A stretch of 64,000 nt of DNA from Camelus dromedarius (GCF_036321535.1 NC_087447.1:45632001-45696000), one strand, 5' to 3'; positions 38,361 through 51,536 are shown, counted from the first letter of the stretch. Made by a program: numbers and translations. Notes: generated from the sequence alone by a model not told the origin.

Positions 38361-38376
38361 GTTTCTTTCTCCCTAG
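38361..38376 (+). promoter_or_regulatory. Splice acceptor of the OR coding exon
   Basis: gtttctttctccctAG|gaatcag lies 30 nt upstream of the ATG at 38407. Confidence 0.7.
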
Positions 38377-38406
38377 GAATCAGAGCTTGAGGAGCTCAGG
38401 TTAGGG

Positions 38407-39351
38407 ATGTCCTCTTGCAACAATTCCATCCCTCAACCCTTGATGTTTATCTTGGCTGGAATTCCTGGCCTCAAATCTTCCCATGGCTGGTTCTCTGTGC
38501 CTTTTTTCTTGGTATTTGTCATTACAGTCGTTGGCAATGCCACCATCTTATGCATCATCCGGGTGGAGAAGAGTCTTCATGAGCCCATGTTTCTTCTCTT
38601 GGCCATGCTGTCAGTTGTTGACCTGTCTCTGGTCAGTGTCACTGTGCCCCGCATGCTGGGTATTTTCTGGATGAATGCCAAAGAAATCAGCTTCAATGCC
38701 TGCCTCACACAGATGTTTTTCATCCCTTCATTTTATGTAATGGAGTCTGGGATCCTCCTGGCCATGGCTTTTGACAGATTTGTGGCTATCTGGCACCCTC
38801 TGAGATATGCAACCATTCTTGCTAACAACATGCTTGTAAAGATGGCACTGGCTGTTCTGGCTAGGGCAGTGGCAGTGCTGGCTCCAGCACCCATCCTGGC
38901 AAAAAGACTGGAAAGCTTCCAAACCCACATCATTGCTTATTCATACTATGCCTACATGGCTGTGGTGCAGATAGCCTGTGGAGACATCTCTGATCACATT
39001 GTCTATGGCCTTATGGTTCTTGTAGCATCTGTGGGATTTGACCTATCTTTTATCATTCTGTCGTATGGGCTGATCCTTCATGCTGTCTTTCGGATACCCT
39101 CTTGGGAGGCACGAGGAAAAGCTCTCAGCACATGTGGCTCTCATCTTTGTGTCATTGCTCTCTTTTATTCTCCTGTTGTCTTTTCAGTTTTGGCCCAGAT
39201 TTTAGGCTACCATATGGCTCCTCATCTACAGATTATCATTGACAATCTCTACTTCTTGGTGCCTCCCATGGTCAACCCCTTGATTTATGGGGCCCGGACC
39301 AAGCAAATACGGGAGAGGGTTCTGCGGATCTTTCACTGTCATGGAGACTGA
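38407..39351 (+). CDS. OR52AE-like class I olfactory receptor, open ORF of 314 aa, function doubtful
   Basis: Carries GIPGL, LHEPMF, MAFDRFVAI, KALSTCGSH and PPMVNPLIYG. The ECL2 cysteine position reads YSYY and the TM3 FFIHSF motif reads FFIPSF. Confidence 0.9.
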   Translation: MSSCNNSIPQPLMFILAGIPGLKSSHGWFSVPFFLVFVITVVGNATILCIIRVEKSLHEPMFLLLAMLSVVDLSLVSVTVPRMLGIFWMNAKEISFNACLTQMFFIPSFYVMESGILLAMAFDRFVAIWHPLRYATILANNMLVKMALAVLARAVAVLAPAPILAKRLESFQTHIIAYSYYAYMAVVQIACGDISDHIVYGLMVLVASVGFDLSFIILSYGLILHAVFRIPSWEARGKALSTCGSHLCVIALFYSPVVFSVLAQILGYHMAPHLQIIIDNLYFLVPPMVNPLIYGARTKQIRERVLRIFHCHGD

Positions 39352-40145
39352 GCTTTATACCTGAGATGGACAGGAGACCTAGGATATGGAGCTGGAAATC
39401 ATGTTAGGTTGGAGGTAGAGATAATTCCTGCAAGATTTGGGAATTCATGGGGAAAGGAGTACTCAAATCTAGAAGAGGACTCAGTCAGTGTGGAAATATA
39501 GCTGGGGCATGTTCTTTCCTTCATGATATAGTTGTTATGAAACCTTCATGATCAGAACCCTCCCTAAATGCTCATGCATGTAATAAAGTAGGGGAACATT
39601 TTGTTGTTAATTTGTTTATCTAATCGTATCACATAACATAAATTGGAAGCCCATTTTTTCAAATGAGATAAAATGAATTTAAGCATATATCTGAAGACCC
39701 ATGAGTAAAAGTAATTATTCAAAGATTTTTGTTGATTTAATGATTTTTCTTCAATATTATGTTTCAGATACTTCACCAACACAGGATTATATTTCATTGA
39801 AAAAGTCCTAGTGGAAGTAAACATGTATAAATGTCCATGATCATATCAGTGAATAATGAGCTCCTTTTCTATTGGAAGGGTTTTAGTAGAAAAACTAAAG
39901 TCATCTTTAGGGAATTACATTAGTGTCAGAATATAGAACCAATATACAGTAGATTGGACTTGATAGGTAAGCATTTTATAAATGGAAAAAAAAAAAAAGA
40001 NNNNNNNNNNNNNNNNNNNNNNNNNNNNNNNNNNNNNNNNNNNNNNNNNNNNNNNNNNNNNNNNNNNNNNNNNNNNNNNNNNNNNNNNNNNNNNNNNNNN
40101 NNNNNNNNNNNNNNNNNNNNNNNNNNNNNNNNNNNNNNNNNNNNN

Positions 40146-40735
40146 NTCTGATGGGCATAAGGTGATATCTCATTGTGGTTTTGATTTGCATTTCCCTTAC
40201 AACTAGTGATGTTAAACATCTTTTCATGTGCCTATTGGCCATCTGCCATGTGATCCAGCTATTCTGGATATTTATACAAAGAACACGAAAACACTAATTT
40301 AAAAAGATATATGCACCCCATGTTCTTCACAGCATTAATAATGGAATGCTATTCAGCCATTAAAAAGGTTGAAAACTTTCTATTTATGACAGCATGGGTG
40401 GGCCTTGAGGTTATTATGCTAAGTGAAATAAGTCAGATAGAGAAAGACAGATTCCATATTATTTGATTGATATGTGGAATGTATATAAATGAGTGAATAA
40501 ATAATATGAACAAATCACACCAAATAAAAAGCGAACATATAAATACAGAGAATAGAGTAGTGGTTACTAGAAGGGAAGAAGGATGGGGGAAGGGTGGAAT
40601 GGGAAAAGAGGGTCAACTCTATGAAGATGGATGGAAACTAAACCTTTAGTGGTAAGAACACTGTAGTATATACAGAAGTTGAAATATAATATTGTACACA
40701 TACAATTTGTATAATGTTATAAACCAATTTTAAAA
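40146..40735. mobile_element. L1 3' end with a 5' inversion (antisense 40146-40245, then sense)
   Basis: ctcattgtggttttgatttgcatttccc (antisense) abuts gatccagctattctggatattt (sense), ending at aatgttataaaccaatttt. Confidence 0.8.
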
Positions 40736-42399
40736 AGACCCAAAGAAGCTATTTTTTCTCTAGCTTCACTTTTTCTCTTCTTCCCATCTGACCTCATATG
40801 TTTTCACAAATTCAAGACACCCAAGTCTGTATCTTAAACTATGAGTTAGGTCTGTGTTTCAGAACACATTGCAACAGCCTTGTAATCCGCTTTTCATATA
40901 CACCTTAAACTTAAGTCTTTCCAGACTAAACTCCTAATCTCCTTGCCAACTACATTGTTCCTCTGTAGTCCCCATTTTTATTCATTTGACCTGAGTTAAA
41001 TTAAGTTTAAAACCTTTAAATTACTTATTTTTATTTCCTTGCCTTCACCCAACCAATGCCTGAGATTTCCCTGTGCTTTTTCACTCTTTTTCCTACCTCA
41101 TACTTTCATCACTTTCAATATCTGTACTGCAAAATCCTCTAACCTCCCTGTATTAAATCTCTCTCATATTCAAAATTGTTATTAACATTGTAACTGGAGT
41201 TGTCTTCCTCAGACAATTACCTCGTTTTGTTCACTTAAAATCTTCGAAAGCTTGTCCCTCAATCTGTTCTCAAGATAAAGTCTTAACTCCATAGCATGGC
41301 CTTCAAGTTACTGCATGACTAGGCGTCAGTCTGCCATGCCACATTCTTTACTTTCACTAATTCACAGGATAGGCATCAGTCTAGCCAAACCTGACTGCTT
41401 TATTTGTAAAGAAATCACACATTCCTTGCTACTCTAGGCATTTTTCTTTCATCTTTCTTAGTCAAAACTCTTCCCACCTCAAGAGACACTTTCTTTGATT
41501 TGTTTTCCTTAATGCTTCTCCTCAAACAGTACCAACCAGTCTGTCCAGCCAGACACTTTAAGTTTCTTTGACATTCACTTATTTATGATCTTTATTGTAG
41601 TTCAGTTATTAGTCTTGATACTATGCCATTATTCTTAACACTGACATTTCTTTAAGGCAAAGGCCATGTCCAGAAATTCAACTTTTCACCTCACATAAGC
41701 AGGTTCTAAACCCTGGTCTTAGGTTTAAAAAAAAAAAAAAAATGTAGTTAAACACCAATTCATAAACCAAGGGACCTAAACATGTAAGTCATACCCATCT
41801 TCCCATTCCTAATGTGCATAAATTAGATACCATAATTTAGATACCTAATCTTCTAATATGAAGATTGCATGATTTGTATTATCTCTTTTTTTGTCAGATG
41901 AGGAAATAAAAGCATAAAGTTTAAAACAACTTTTCCAAGGTCACATCTAATAAGTGGTAGATCGCTGATTGTATATTAAATATGCAGTACTTGAAAGCCT
42001 TTGATCTTTGGGCAATCCCAACGGACCTTCCTGCATACATTATCATTTGATGTGGTGTGTATTGTACCAAGTACATCTACTGTGTAAAGCACCTTGATCA
42101 GACTAAAGACATCAATTAAGCATAATATTGCATTAATCTTTAAACATCTGAAAAATGTAAATTTTAACTCTCCAACAGTTTGAGATCAATTAGACAAGAA
42201 AAGAAATTCAAAGTATGTGTAATATAATAGCATTTTTTAAAATGAAAACATGCACTGTTGGTGAAAATATGACTTGATATAGCCATATGGAAAACAGTAG
42301 TACTCTGCTCAAAAAGGATAAACTTTCACTTATAAAATGAATAAGTTCTGGTGATCTAATGGACATTACAGTGATTATAGGTAACACTATTGTATTATA

Positions 42400-43420
42400 T
42401 AGTTGACCATTGAACAGTGTATGGGTTACAGACATAGATTCCCCACACAAAGTCATGTATAACTTTTGACTCCCCCAAACTTAATTACTAATAATTTACC
42501 ATTGACTGGAAGCCTTACCAATAATGTGAACAGTCAACACNNNNNNNNNNNNNNNNNNNNNNNNNNNNNNNNNNNNNNNNNNNNNNNNNNNNNNNNNNNN
42601 NNNNNNNNNNNNNNNNNNNNNNNNNNNNNNNNNNNNNNNNNNNNNNNNNNNNNNNNNNNNNNNNNNNNNNNNNNNNNNNNNNNNNNNNNNAGAATGAATT
42701 GTCTGTTTGACACCTGCATCAGTATTGTCTTATATGATACAAAACACTGTAGATGTTATGTGTATTACTAACACTGGACATAAAAAAATTAAAACATAAT
42801 GTGAAAAATAAACTCATATTTATTTAGAGGTATAATAATTCATGCATTGATAATGAAGAAACAATAATGCTATTGTTTTATGGTAGCCTTGTAATCAATA
42901 TTATGGTAGCCTTGTAATCAATATTATGGTAGCCTTGTAATCAATATTATTGCTTCATGATAGCCTAGCTATCATATCATGAATGAATCTTTATAAAAAT
43001 TTTATGGCATACAGTATTCTAGTTATATTCATAATACCATATTGGGAACATTGTTGCATTTTTAAAAAACCTGTGGTGATAGGCAGATATGCAATTTCTC
43101 CAGTTATGAGAGAGGCATACTGTACAGTAATATAATTCTTTGAAAGCAAATTTATAAAATAGTAAGAAAACTAACACATTATTAATTTTATATTAACTAT
43201 GACTCACCTTATGTCTATGTAAGACTGGGCTAGTCTCTACATATATTTCATGCATTCATGACATACCTACTCTTTCTTAATTTCAGTAGTTTTGGGTGGT
43301 GTGATTCAACTGGAAACTTTTTCAAACTATGATAAATCTGCAAAGATTTTTCCAATGTATTTATTGAAAAAAATCCATGTGACCCACACAGTTCAAACCT
43401 GTGTTCTCAAGGGCCAACTG
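42400..43420. mobile_element. Tigger-type (TcMar) DNA transposon nested in an L1MA-type 3' end
   Basis: Terminal inverted repeats (t)agttgacc and ggccaactg, each flanked by TA. The L1 3' UTR text is continuous across the insertion (...tgtattaTA|cacttgaaaattgttaaaag). Confidence 0.8.
42878..42950. repeat. Perfect 23-bp tandem repeat, 3 copies plus 4 nt
   Basis: (ttatggtagccttgtaatcaata)3 ttat. Confidence 0.97.
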
Positions 43421-45289
43421 TACACTTGAAAATTGTTAAAAGAATAGATCTTAAATGTTTTCACAGCAAAAAAGAAATGGTAGGTATGTGGTGTGATGCA
43501 GGTGTTGGCTAATGCTATCGTGGTAATCATTCTGCAGTATGTAAGTGTATGAAATCAATACTCTACATCCTAAACTTACACAGTGTTGTATGTCAACTAT
43601 GTCTTAATAAACCTGGGAAATAAAAGATTACAAAACAGAACTGATTTAATTCCACTATTGTTATAGAGTAGGTGCTTGAATCAGATTGGACATGGGAATT
43701 TTCTCTGTAGGTGATCTTATTTGGGCATTTGTATATGAACATCTATTAAAATGGACAGTCATTGGAACATTTACAGAATTGAACTTCAGTTTTTCCATAA
43801 AATTAATTTGAATTAGGACTGATAAAGTGCTCATATGTTGAATATTTTAACATGCTTTAAATTTGTATTAATTACCATTAAGAATAGGTATTCTTATTTC
43901 AATTCAGAAGAAGAGACTGCATATCAAAAGGACTAGAAAAGGAGTATAAATTTTAATATAGCAAGATCTTCCTTAAAACAGTAAACTATTACAGTGGAAG
44001 CAACAAAAAATACCCAATGTTGCTCTGCTCCTTCTATTTTTCCTTATCTCAGATAGCTATCATAACAATAACTCCACTGAATTTTATGTTGTGTTTTTTT
44101 GTACCAGTCCTTATTGTTATCAGTTTTAATAATGATAATAACTATATTTTAAGCACCTTATTATTATGTGCTATGCTTAAAATACATTTTAAATTGTTAT
44201 GTTCATACAATAGTTCTTTTAGGTAATTGTTATTATCCCAGTTATAAGAATAAGGAAAATTAGGTCAGATAATTCAAATATTTTTAGTTTTCTTTTTATA
44301 ACACACAGGTAATAGATGGTAGAGTCAGAAGCCAAGCCTAGGTCTGTCTCATCACAATATCCATGCTTTCAATCTTTTCACAATACTTTTTCCTTGAAAG
44401 AATTTCTTGAAGGCGGAGACTAGATGAACATTATTTTCATCAGCCTTTCATAGTATGTGGACAGTATAGATAGTGAGTTAAAACAGAATGTATGAGTTAA
44501 ATATGGATGAATAGAAGAATAGATCTCATATCTTCTTTGGATCTAGAACAGGTAGAGGTAGGAGAATTGAAAATGTCTTCCACTTTCAATGGATATGTCA
44601 TTCTTCTGTTTGAAGACAATGACTTTATATTATTTGGAAATCTAATTATTTTGGTCTGTCTTTTGTGCTTATTTCTCTTGAAAGTCTCTATATGGAATTC
44701 TAATCCCACAAAATATATAGAATAATCTTATTTTTAAAATTACTGTAAGATAAGAATTTGATCCACTATGTCTCAGGATTGCTGGTGGAAACAGGCAGGA
44801 TTATACAAAAAAATGATTCTGTGAGCACTATCTTGTCTGGCTGTGAACTTTGACATGTCCCATCCCTCCCAGTAGAAAAGGCTGCAACCAGGCATAACTT
44901 TCCATTGGACTAGGTAACATGCAAAATCTCCACATATTGGAAAGCTGGTGTTTCCAGTTGTTCTTCTAAACAATTGGCTTATTAGTATGAAATTATTGCC
45001 ATGAATCTTAGGCAGCTTGGTACCTGATGCCAATGTGTTAATTCTCTTCAAGGCTGATTTCACAAGGTGTGGGGATTATTTCCCTGGAACACAGTCCATG
45101 ATGCACTCAACAGTGTCCTATACCCTGTCTACCTCTCTGTGAGATCATGAAGGGACTTAGAAAAATGCCTTCTCTTTCTACATGTTTTTTTGTATGTTTT
45201 CCCAATAAAACTTTTTTTTTTTTACTTTTTAGCTAATTTAAAAAAAACTAGCCATATAACTTCAGCCTTCTCCATAAATTGCCTGTAGA

Positions 45290-45690
45290 TTGCCTCTGTT
45301 TATTCCAGTAGATTCCCATGACTCTGTCTGAGACCTTCCTCTAATCTGGGGAGCATGTTCTATTCATTAGTGGAACATGTGAGAAGTGTTGGGAAGGTGA
45401 TACTTCAGAAGTTACCATCTAACAATAAGAGATGGAGATTGGTGGATAAATACCCCATGTTTCTATCCCCACATTGGTACAATCTGGAGGTAATGTTTCT
45501 CACATATTTTCCAGTACCCCTGGCAGGAAAGGGCTCTGGTCATCCACAGAATTGGTCTGCTTGACCATGCACACTTTAATGGTTTTCTTCCCTCCTTCAC
45601 AAGTTTTTCCTTGGATCAGTTCCCAGATATAGCACATACATTGAAATTCTTGCTTTGGTTAGCTTTGGGGAAAACTCTTGATAGGAAACT
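45290..45690 (+). mobile_element. LTR16-like ERVL LTR remnant
   Basis: ggtacaatctggaggtaatgtttctcaca...ttggatcagttcccagat...ttggggaaaactc resembles the LTR16 3' part; old and diverged. Confidence 0.6.
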
Positions 45691-47048
45691 CTTCTAAGTA
45701 TGCTCACCTATTTATAGACTGAGACCATCATAAGATAAACTTTAATCTTCCCTTCCTACTCTAAGAAATAATATATGTCATTAGGTTGATCATCAAGAGG
45801 AGGAAGACAAACAACCGTGGTAGATGAAGAAACTGAGTTAAGATTATTGGTGTTCATGTGGTGGTAATGATGGTAGTATATATGCTCTTAACCTGTGGAG
45901 ACCCTGGACAGGAAGGTCTAATGGGAAAAGGGGACTGAGGGTAATATGGCTAAACTTCAGCATCTTGGATTTTCTTCATTAGCTTTTAAGCTTCTTTGAG
46001 CTGTACGGATAAGAAGAATGGAATACAATAAGCTGTTTCATGCCCATCATCAGAGAAGTTGCTCAAATTAGTGGACAACATCTCAAAACCTTTCAAAGTG
46101 TCTCCTAATGACCTTTTGGGAAAAAACAATAAGTTCATAGTGAATTGCAATGATACACAGACTGAAAATGAACTCCTTCTAAAACCATCACAAACAAGCA
46201 ATGCTAATGAATATAAACTCTGAAAAGCTGAATTGTTCACTTACCCAATAAAAGGACTATATTTGTACAGTTAAATAAAACAAAGTTACCATATTATTGA
46301 GATATGAACATATAATTTTCTATTGTAGAATGATTTGTATATTTTGATCCCTGATGAAGGCACAGATGAGCCTGCTTTTCATGAAACAAGCACTCAAGGA
46401 AGTTAGATTCACACACATCTGCACATACTTCTCTATATCTACATGAGTTATGATAATTTATTAAAAACTTGAAGTTATGGTTGATACAATTTCATCATCT
46501 TAAGTAAAATGCATTATTCAGATCTCACGTTTGCAATGACTTTCTATATAAGGTCTTCTCTGATTCCCTCTAAAATCTAAATTAGTTGCTTCTTACATGT
46601 GAACATAAATCTTTTGTTCTTATCTTACCGTGGCCTAAATCAAATTAAATTATATTTATTCCTTTGAAATCATGAATATGTCTCTGTCACCATTATACTT
46701 CCAAAAGATAAACTACCTCTTGGTATCGCAGAAAGATGCAATAGATGTGTAAACAAGAAAGGAGGTGGGGCAGAGAAAGAACAATGGGAGGCACAAAGAT
46801 GAAGGAAGGAAGCAAGAGATGGAGGGATAATAATGATAGGAAATTATGAGATACATGTATACTTTTTTACCCAAGTTTATCTTATATTCTGATTGCCCTC
46901 GCCTGGGGAATATATCTTTAAGGGATATCATTATAATGTAAAAATCCTACCAAGATACACATAGTGCAATGAGTTTCCATCTTAAACAGGTAAATATATA
47001 TTTCTCCTGTGTCATTATTATTTTTGGATGACTGCTAGGTGTCACACT

Positions 47049-48002
47049 TCAGAATACCAACTGAGCAACCCGCCTGCGGATCTCCTTGGTCTTCACACCA
47101 TAAACAATGAGGTTAAGGGCAGGGGGCACAAGCAGATAGATGGTAGACAGGAGGATATGGGCATAGGGTGATATATGTCCAAAACGGTGGCTGAAGAAGG
47201 AAAAGAAAGCAAGAATATAAAACTCCAGGAAAATGGCAATATGGGAAGTGCAAGTGTGGAATGCTTTGAGTCGTGCCGCCTTATGGGGAAGATGAAAAAC
47301 AGCCTGAAAAATCAGAATGTAGGAGATAAAGACAAAGATCATGTCAAAACCTAGAATTGCAAAAGCCACAAAGAGCCCATGTGATTTATTAATATGAACA
47401 TCTTCTGCAGCCAACTTGACCACAGCCATGTGCTCACAGTAGGAATGGGCAATAATCACAGATTGGAAAAGTTGTAGTCCTTTGAGTAGAATGGGTAGAA
47501 TCCCAACAAGCACCGTTGCCCGGATTGCCACCATCAGTACCATCTGAATTAGAAAGACAGGTGTGAGGATGGATGTATGCCTCAAAGGATCACAGATGGC
47601 CACATAGCGATCAAAGGCCATGGCTAACAGGATGCCAGATTCCGTGCCCTGCAAGGCATGGATGAAGAAGAGTTGGGTGAGGCAAGCATCAAAAGACATG
47701 GAGCAAGAGCCAAACCAGAAGATAGCCAACATCTTGGGAGCAATGGCTACACAGAGCCCTAGGTCAGTTGCTGCCAAAACTGCCAGGAAGATATACATGG
47801 GTTGGTGAAGACTGCGTTCTGTAGCAATGATGATTAATAAGAAGATGTTTCCCAGTAGAGCCAGCAGGCACACACCAAGGAAGGGAAATCCAATCCAAAA
47901 CTGCACATGCTCTAGGCCAGGGATCCCAATCAGGATCACTGTCTTCAGGTTCAGATATGACATGTTAGTAGATCCCATATGGTTGATAAATCCTTTCCTC
48001 AT
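47049..48002 (-). CDS. OR52A-like class I olfactory receptor, open ORF (first ATG 48002; paralog-aligned ATG 47978)
   Basis: Carries MAFDRYVAICDPLRH, HSYCEHMAVVKLA and KAFHTCTSH; the TM7 motif reads PPALNLIVYG. The track start at 48005 is a GTG, not an ATG. Confidence 0.93.
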   Translation of the reverse strand: MRKGFINHMGSTNMSYLNLKTVILIGIPGLEHVQFWIGFPFLGVCLLALLGNIFLLIIIATERSLHQPMYIFLAVLAATDLGLCVAIAPKMLAIFWFGSCSMSFDACLTQLFFIHALQGTESGILLAMAFDRYVAICDPLRHTSILTPVFLIQMVLMVAIRATVLVGILPILLKGLQLFQSVIIAHSYCEHMAVVKLAAEDVHINKSHGLFVAFAILGFDMIFVFISYILIFQAVFHLPHKAARLKAFHTCTSHIAIFLEFYILAFFSFFSHRFGHISPYAHILLSTIYLLVPPALNLIVYGVKTKEIRRRVAQLVF

Positions 48003-48009
48003 CACTGAT

Positions 48010-48030
48010 CTTGGATGGAAAGAAAGAAGA
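48010..48030 (-). promoter_or_regulatory. Splice acceptor of the OR coding exon
   Basis: The minus strand reads tcttctttctttccatccaAG|atcagtgATG. Confidence 0.65.
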
Positions 48031-50009
48031 GAATTATCTTCATCATTTCTTCTAGATCATGAAAAAAAAAAGGAATGAAAATGTGGCCATGTGACATTGA
48101 ATCTTTCAGAGTCAGTTTAAGTCAATATCAAAATAGAATTCTTGGATACCTTTTCCAAATACCAGTGTGGGTATTTGTGGATGAAGAAGATGAATCCAGT
48201 GTTTATCACCTAGAAATTGTTGAAATCAAAATTATGATTCTAAGAATGTTGATCTTACTAGCTTTTGAGGTGGGCTTAGATAGTCCCACAGATGGCAACA
48301 TTAGCTTTTTTGTCTATATCCACCTTCAGACTGCAGACACATTTCAGATGAGGTGAAATTCCTCTGTGACACTTGAAATTGTAGACTAGATCCTCAAACC
48401 TATAGCCCTGTCCATTTTGTTCAAAGGTCAGAATCTCCAGAAAGTGGTAGCCTTTCCCAGTCTTCCCATTTTCTTTGGTTTAGAGAGTAAAATATCTCCT
48501 TACAAATCTTAGAATTGAGTATCAGATTGGGGAATGAAGAAGTTTGTTCCACAAAAATTGGTTGAGTAACCCATGTGTGGGCCCATTATCCAGGTTCTTG
48601 AAAGTTATATGGAGGAGATGTCCTTTTATCAGTAGTAACAGAGCATTTTTGACTCAATGAGTTACTTCTTGCCCATTAGCTTTCAAAATGGATGTGTAAG
48701 CAGAATGGGGAAGAAGGTGATACAAGTCCTCACAGATCTTAGATAAGACAGAAAGTTGAGAAGGTAAATAGGAAATCAATTAAATAAAAGGGCACCGTAA
48801 ATCAGGACAGAATGGTAACATTAAAAACTGGCCTACTGGATAACCCCTTTAGCTGAAATGTTTTGATTTTGTTCATCTGTTTCAGATGCAAAAGGATAGG
48901 GTTGCCTGTGGGCCACCATACTGTTTATAATGGAACTCAACCTAACCTAGATGCTTTCTTTCAGTTTACTATGTTCATTAGGCAGTAAGAGTCATTTCTG
49001 ATACTTTGTATATTGATTATATTACTTGACAGTCACCCCAAATTTCTGATATTTTTATATTTTTTCTGCTCTCTCTTTCTTTAGAAATATACTCACTAAA
49101 GCTTAAGATATCTTTATATACTCTCTTTTTTATTTTTCATTAATCATTCTGCAAGCTTAAAATCATGCAAAAGTTTTAGTCTATGATTTTTTTGTCATAG
49201 CCAAATACATTGAATAGAGAATACCACTCTGAATAGGATTTTATATATTTTCCTTTGAAGGGAAACTAGAGGAATTACTGCTGTGAAATTATATTAAAAA
49301 AAAAAAAAGACTGATTCACAGTCAATAGGAATATATATGTGGGTATAGCTAGAAAGTTCTCAATGTAGTAAAGTATGAAATACTTCAGTGGAGACGGAAA
49401 GTAGGAGATCGTTTTATATAAGCTTCTGTAGCTACATTTATCAGTAGACTATGATCAAGGCACTAAAGAGATATAGATTTTTTAAAAATTAGAAATTTTG
49501 TGTAGAGAAATTCCATTTGATGTTCACGTGAAATGAGGTTAAGTGGGAATAGTGATGGATTCCCTAGAAGAGATTGGTGATAAATATGAATATATCTTGT
49601 TAAGGGGACATGAGCAGACAAAGGCAGAGCCTAAAGGAATTACAAAAAATGATGTATCTTAGATAATTATTTATAAGTTGTCTGACAATGTAAGAGTAAA
49701 AGTAAAATTTAGCTTGTCTCACAATTGTAGGTGTTAATTTATTGCATTACTTTCCTTCTATACAGCATAGTACGTGTATTATATATAAATGTGTATGTAT
49801 TTATATAAACATATAAATAAAATAGATATATATTATATAATATATGCATAAATAATATATAAATATATATTTGTATATATTTTATATGACACTATATATA
49901 ATAAAAATTTATGTATAATGTAAATATATCACATAAATATAAAAATATATAGTATTATATATATGTACCTTTCTGTATATTATGATCCTTTAACATCTTA
50001 AAAAGCCGT

Positions 50010-50490
50010 TCTGGCTGGGGTGAGGCTGTCCCTCCTTGTCTGGGTAAGCCAATTCATAGAGATAGCAAAAGGCCCAGCCAGTAGTGTACTTTTGATATGC
50101 AAACTAACCAATCTGTATCCCCTTTATCTGGCCCACATACTCCAAGAAGCAATATTTCTCTGCCTTGAACATCCCAGGGCCAGGTACCAGGCAATAGAGC
50201 CCACCCCTACACTGCAAAGCCCACCAAAATTATTCAGAGTAGCCAATCCTATACTGTTTACCCTTCCCTGTCTTGACTTTACTATGGAAACCCCAATAAA
50301 GGGCTTGTTATAAGTGCCTAAGTTCTTCCTCACCCTACCCCTTCCTCCTGTCTTCTGTCTCCTGATCATCAATCCCTGATGATTTTCCATTTGGCTTTGC
50401 AAGGCCTGCTGTGCCTCTCATCTAGGACCTGTTAGTAGCATAACCATTGTTTTCCTGAGATTCTCTCTCTTCTTTTGTGGCCACATCTGA
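50010..50490 (+). mobile_element. ERV1-class LTR (MER34/MER39-like)
   Basis: agtagccaatcctatactgtttacccttccctgtcttg...ggaaaccccAATAAAggg; termini uncertain. Confidence 0.65.
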
Positions 50491-51473
50491 TGATTATCTC
50501 ATAAAAATACAAAATATTTTATGTAAAATTATACTATACGAATTTAGAAATATAACATAGCTTCTCAAATGCTGATTCTACTATTTACCTCAAATGGAAT
50601 ATTGTCCAGATTCCTTAAGTTTACTCAACTGTCAATGGAAATAATGATACCACTTAATTCATTGAATGATTGAGAAGGCTAAATAAGTTTATATATGAAA
50701 AACTCAGCATAAGGTATGGGAGAAAGTAAGCACTTAATATTTGGTAGCTCATGCTTGTCAGAATCTGAACAGAACTTCTGTGAAGACAAAAACACATTAC
50801 TGCCTTCTTGTGGAAGTATAAAACAAAAATACAGAAATGAGGAAACTTCATGAGGAAATAATTGATTAAAAATCCATGAGACAATGAATTTTCTGGAGCT
50901 GAAAAACCTTCCTCAATTCAGTCCAAAAGATTGGACATTCATGTTAGCAGGTAAAATCATCATGGTTGTAACAGAAAAATGACTTCCCAGTGATGTGTAG
51001 ACCTTGGTGGAGTCAATAAATTTCACTTATTTAAATTGATTTGTCCACTTCACCTGAGAAATAATCATATTCTCCTTTAAAGTCTTACTAGGTAAATGGA
51101 AAATACATGAATAGGAAAACCAGTTTTCTAAAAAAGTTTAGATTAAAAATGCTTCTAAGACAGCAAAGACATGCATTTTATGCAAGTTATCTCTTATAAT
51201 CAAATGAGAAAATGTTTGTTCCTAATCTCTAAGAGAAAGAGGAGAAAGGAATTGGAAGATATCTTCAATGGAGGCAGGGCAAAGTGTTAGAAACAAGAGA
51301 CGAAAATAGAAGATTGTAATGCCCCAGATATAGAGAGGACTGTATTTCAGGGGATGGGATATGAGTTGTAGTTACAGTGGCAACAAGACCAGACACCAAA
51401 GCTATTAGAGGCAATAGGATGCTTCTACTTTTGACCTCTCCATGTTTTACAAGCTCTTCTTCTCAAGCTGCAA

Positions 51474-51478
<5 letters not shown>

Positions 51479-51536
<58 letters not shown>
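51479..51536. repeat. (CA)29 microsatellite
   Basis: Uninterrupted CA run. Confidence 0.97.

Noticed and set aside
49770-49980. AT-only tract with many short palindromes (also 17210-17300)
   Set aside because: Degenerate (TA)n low complexity; hairpins are expected by chance.
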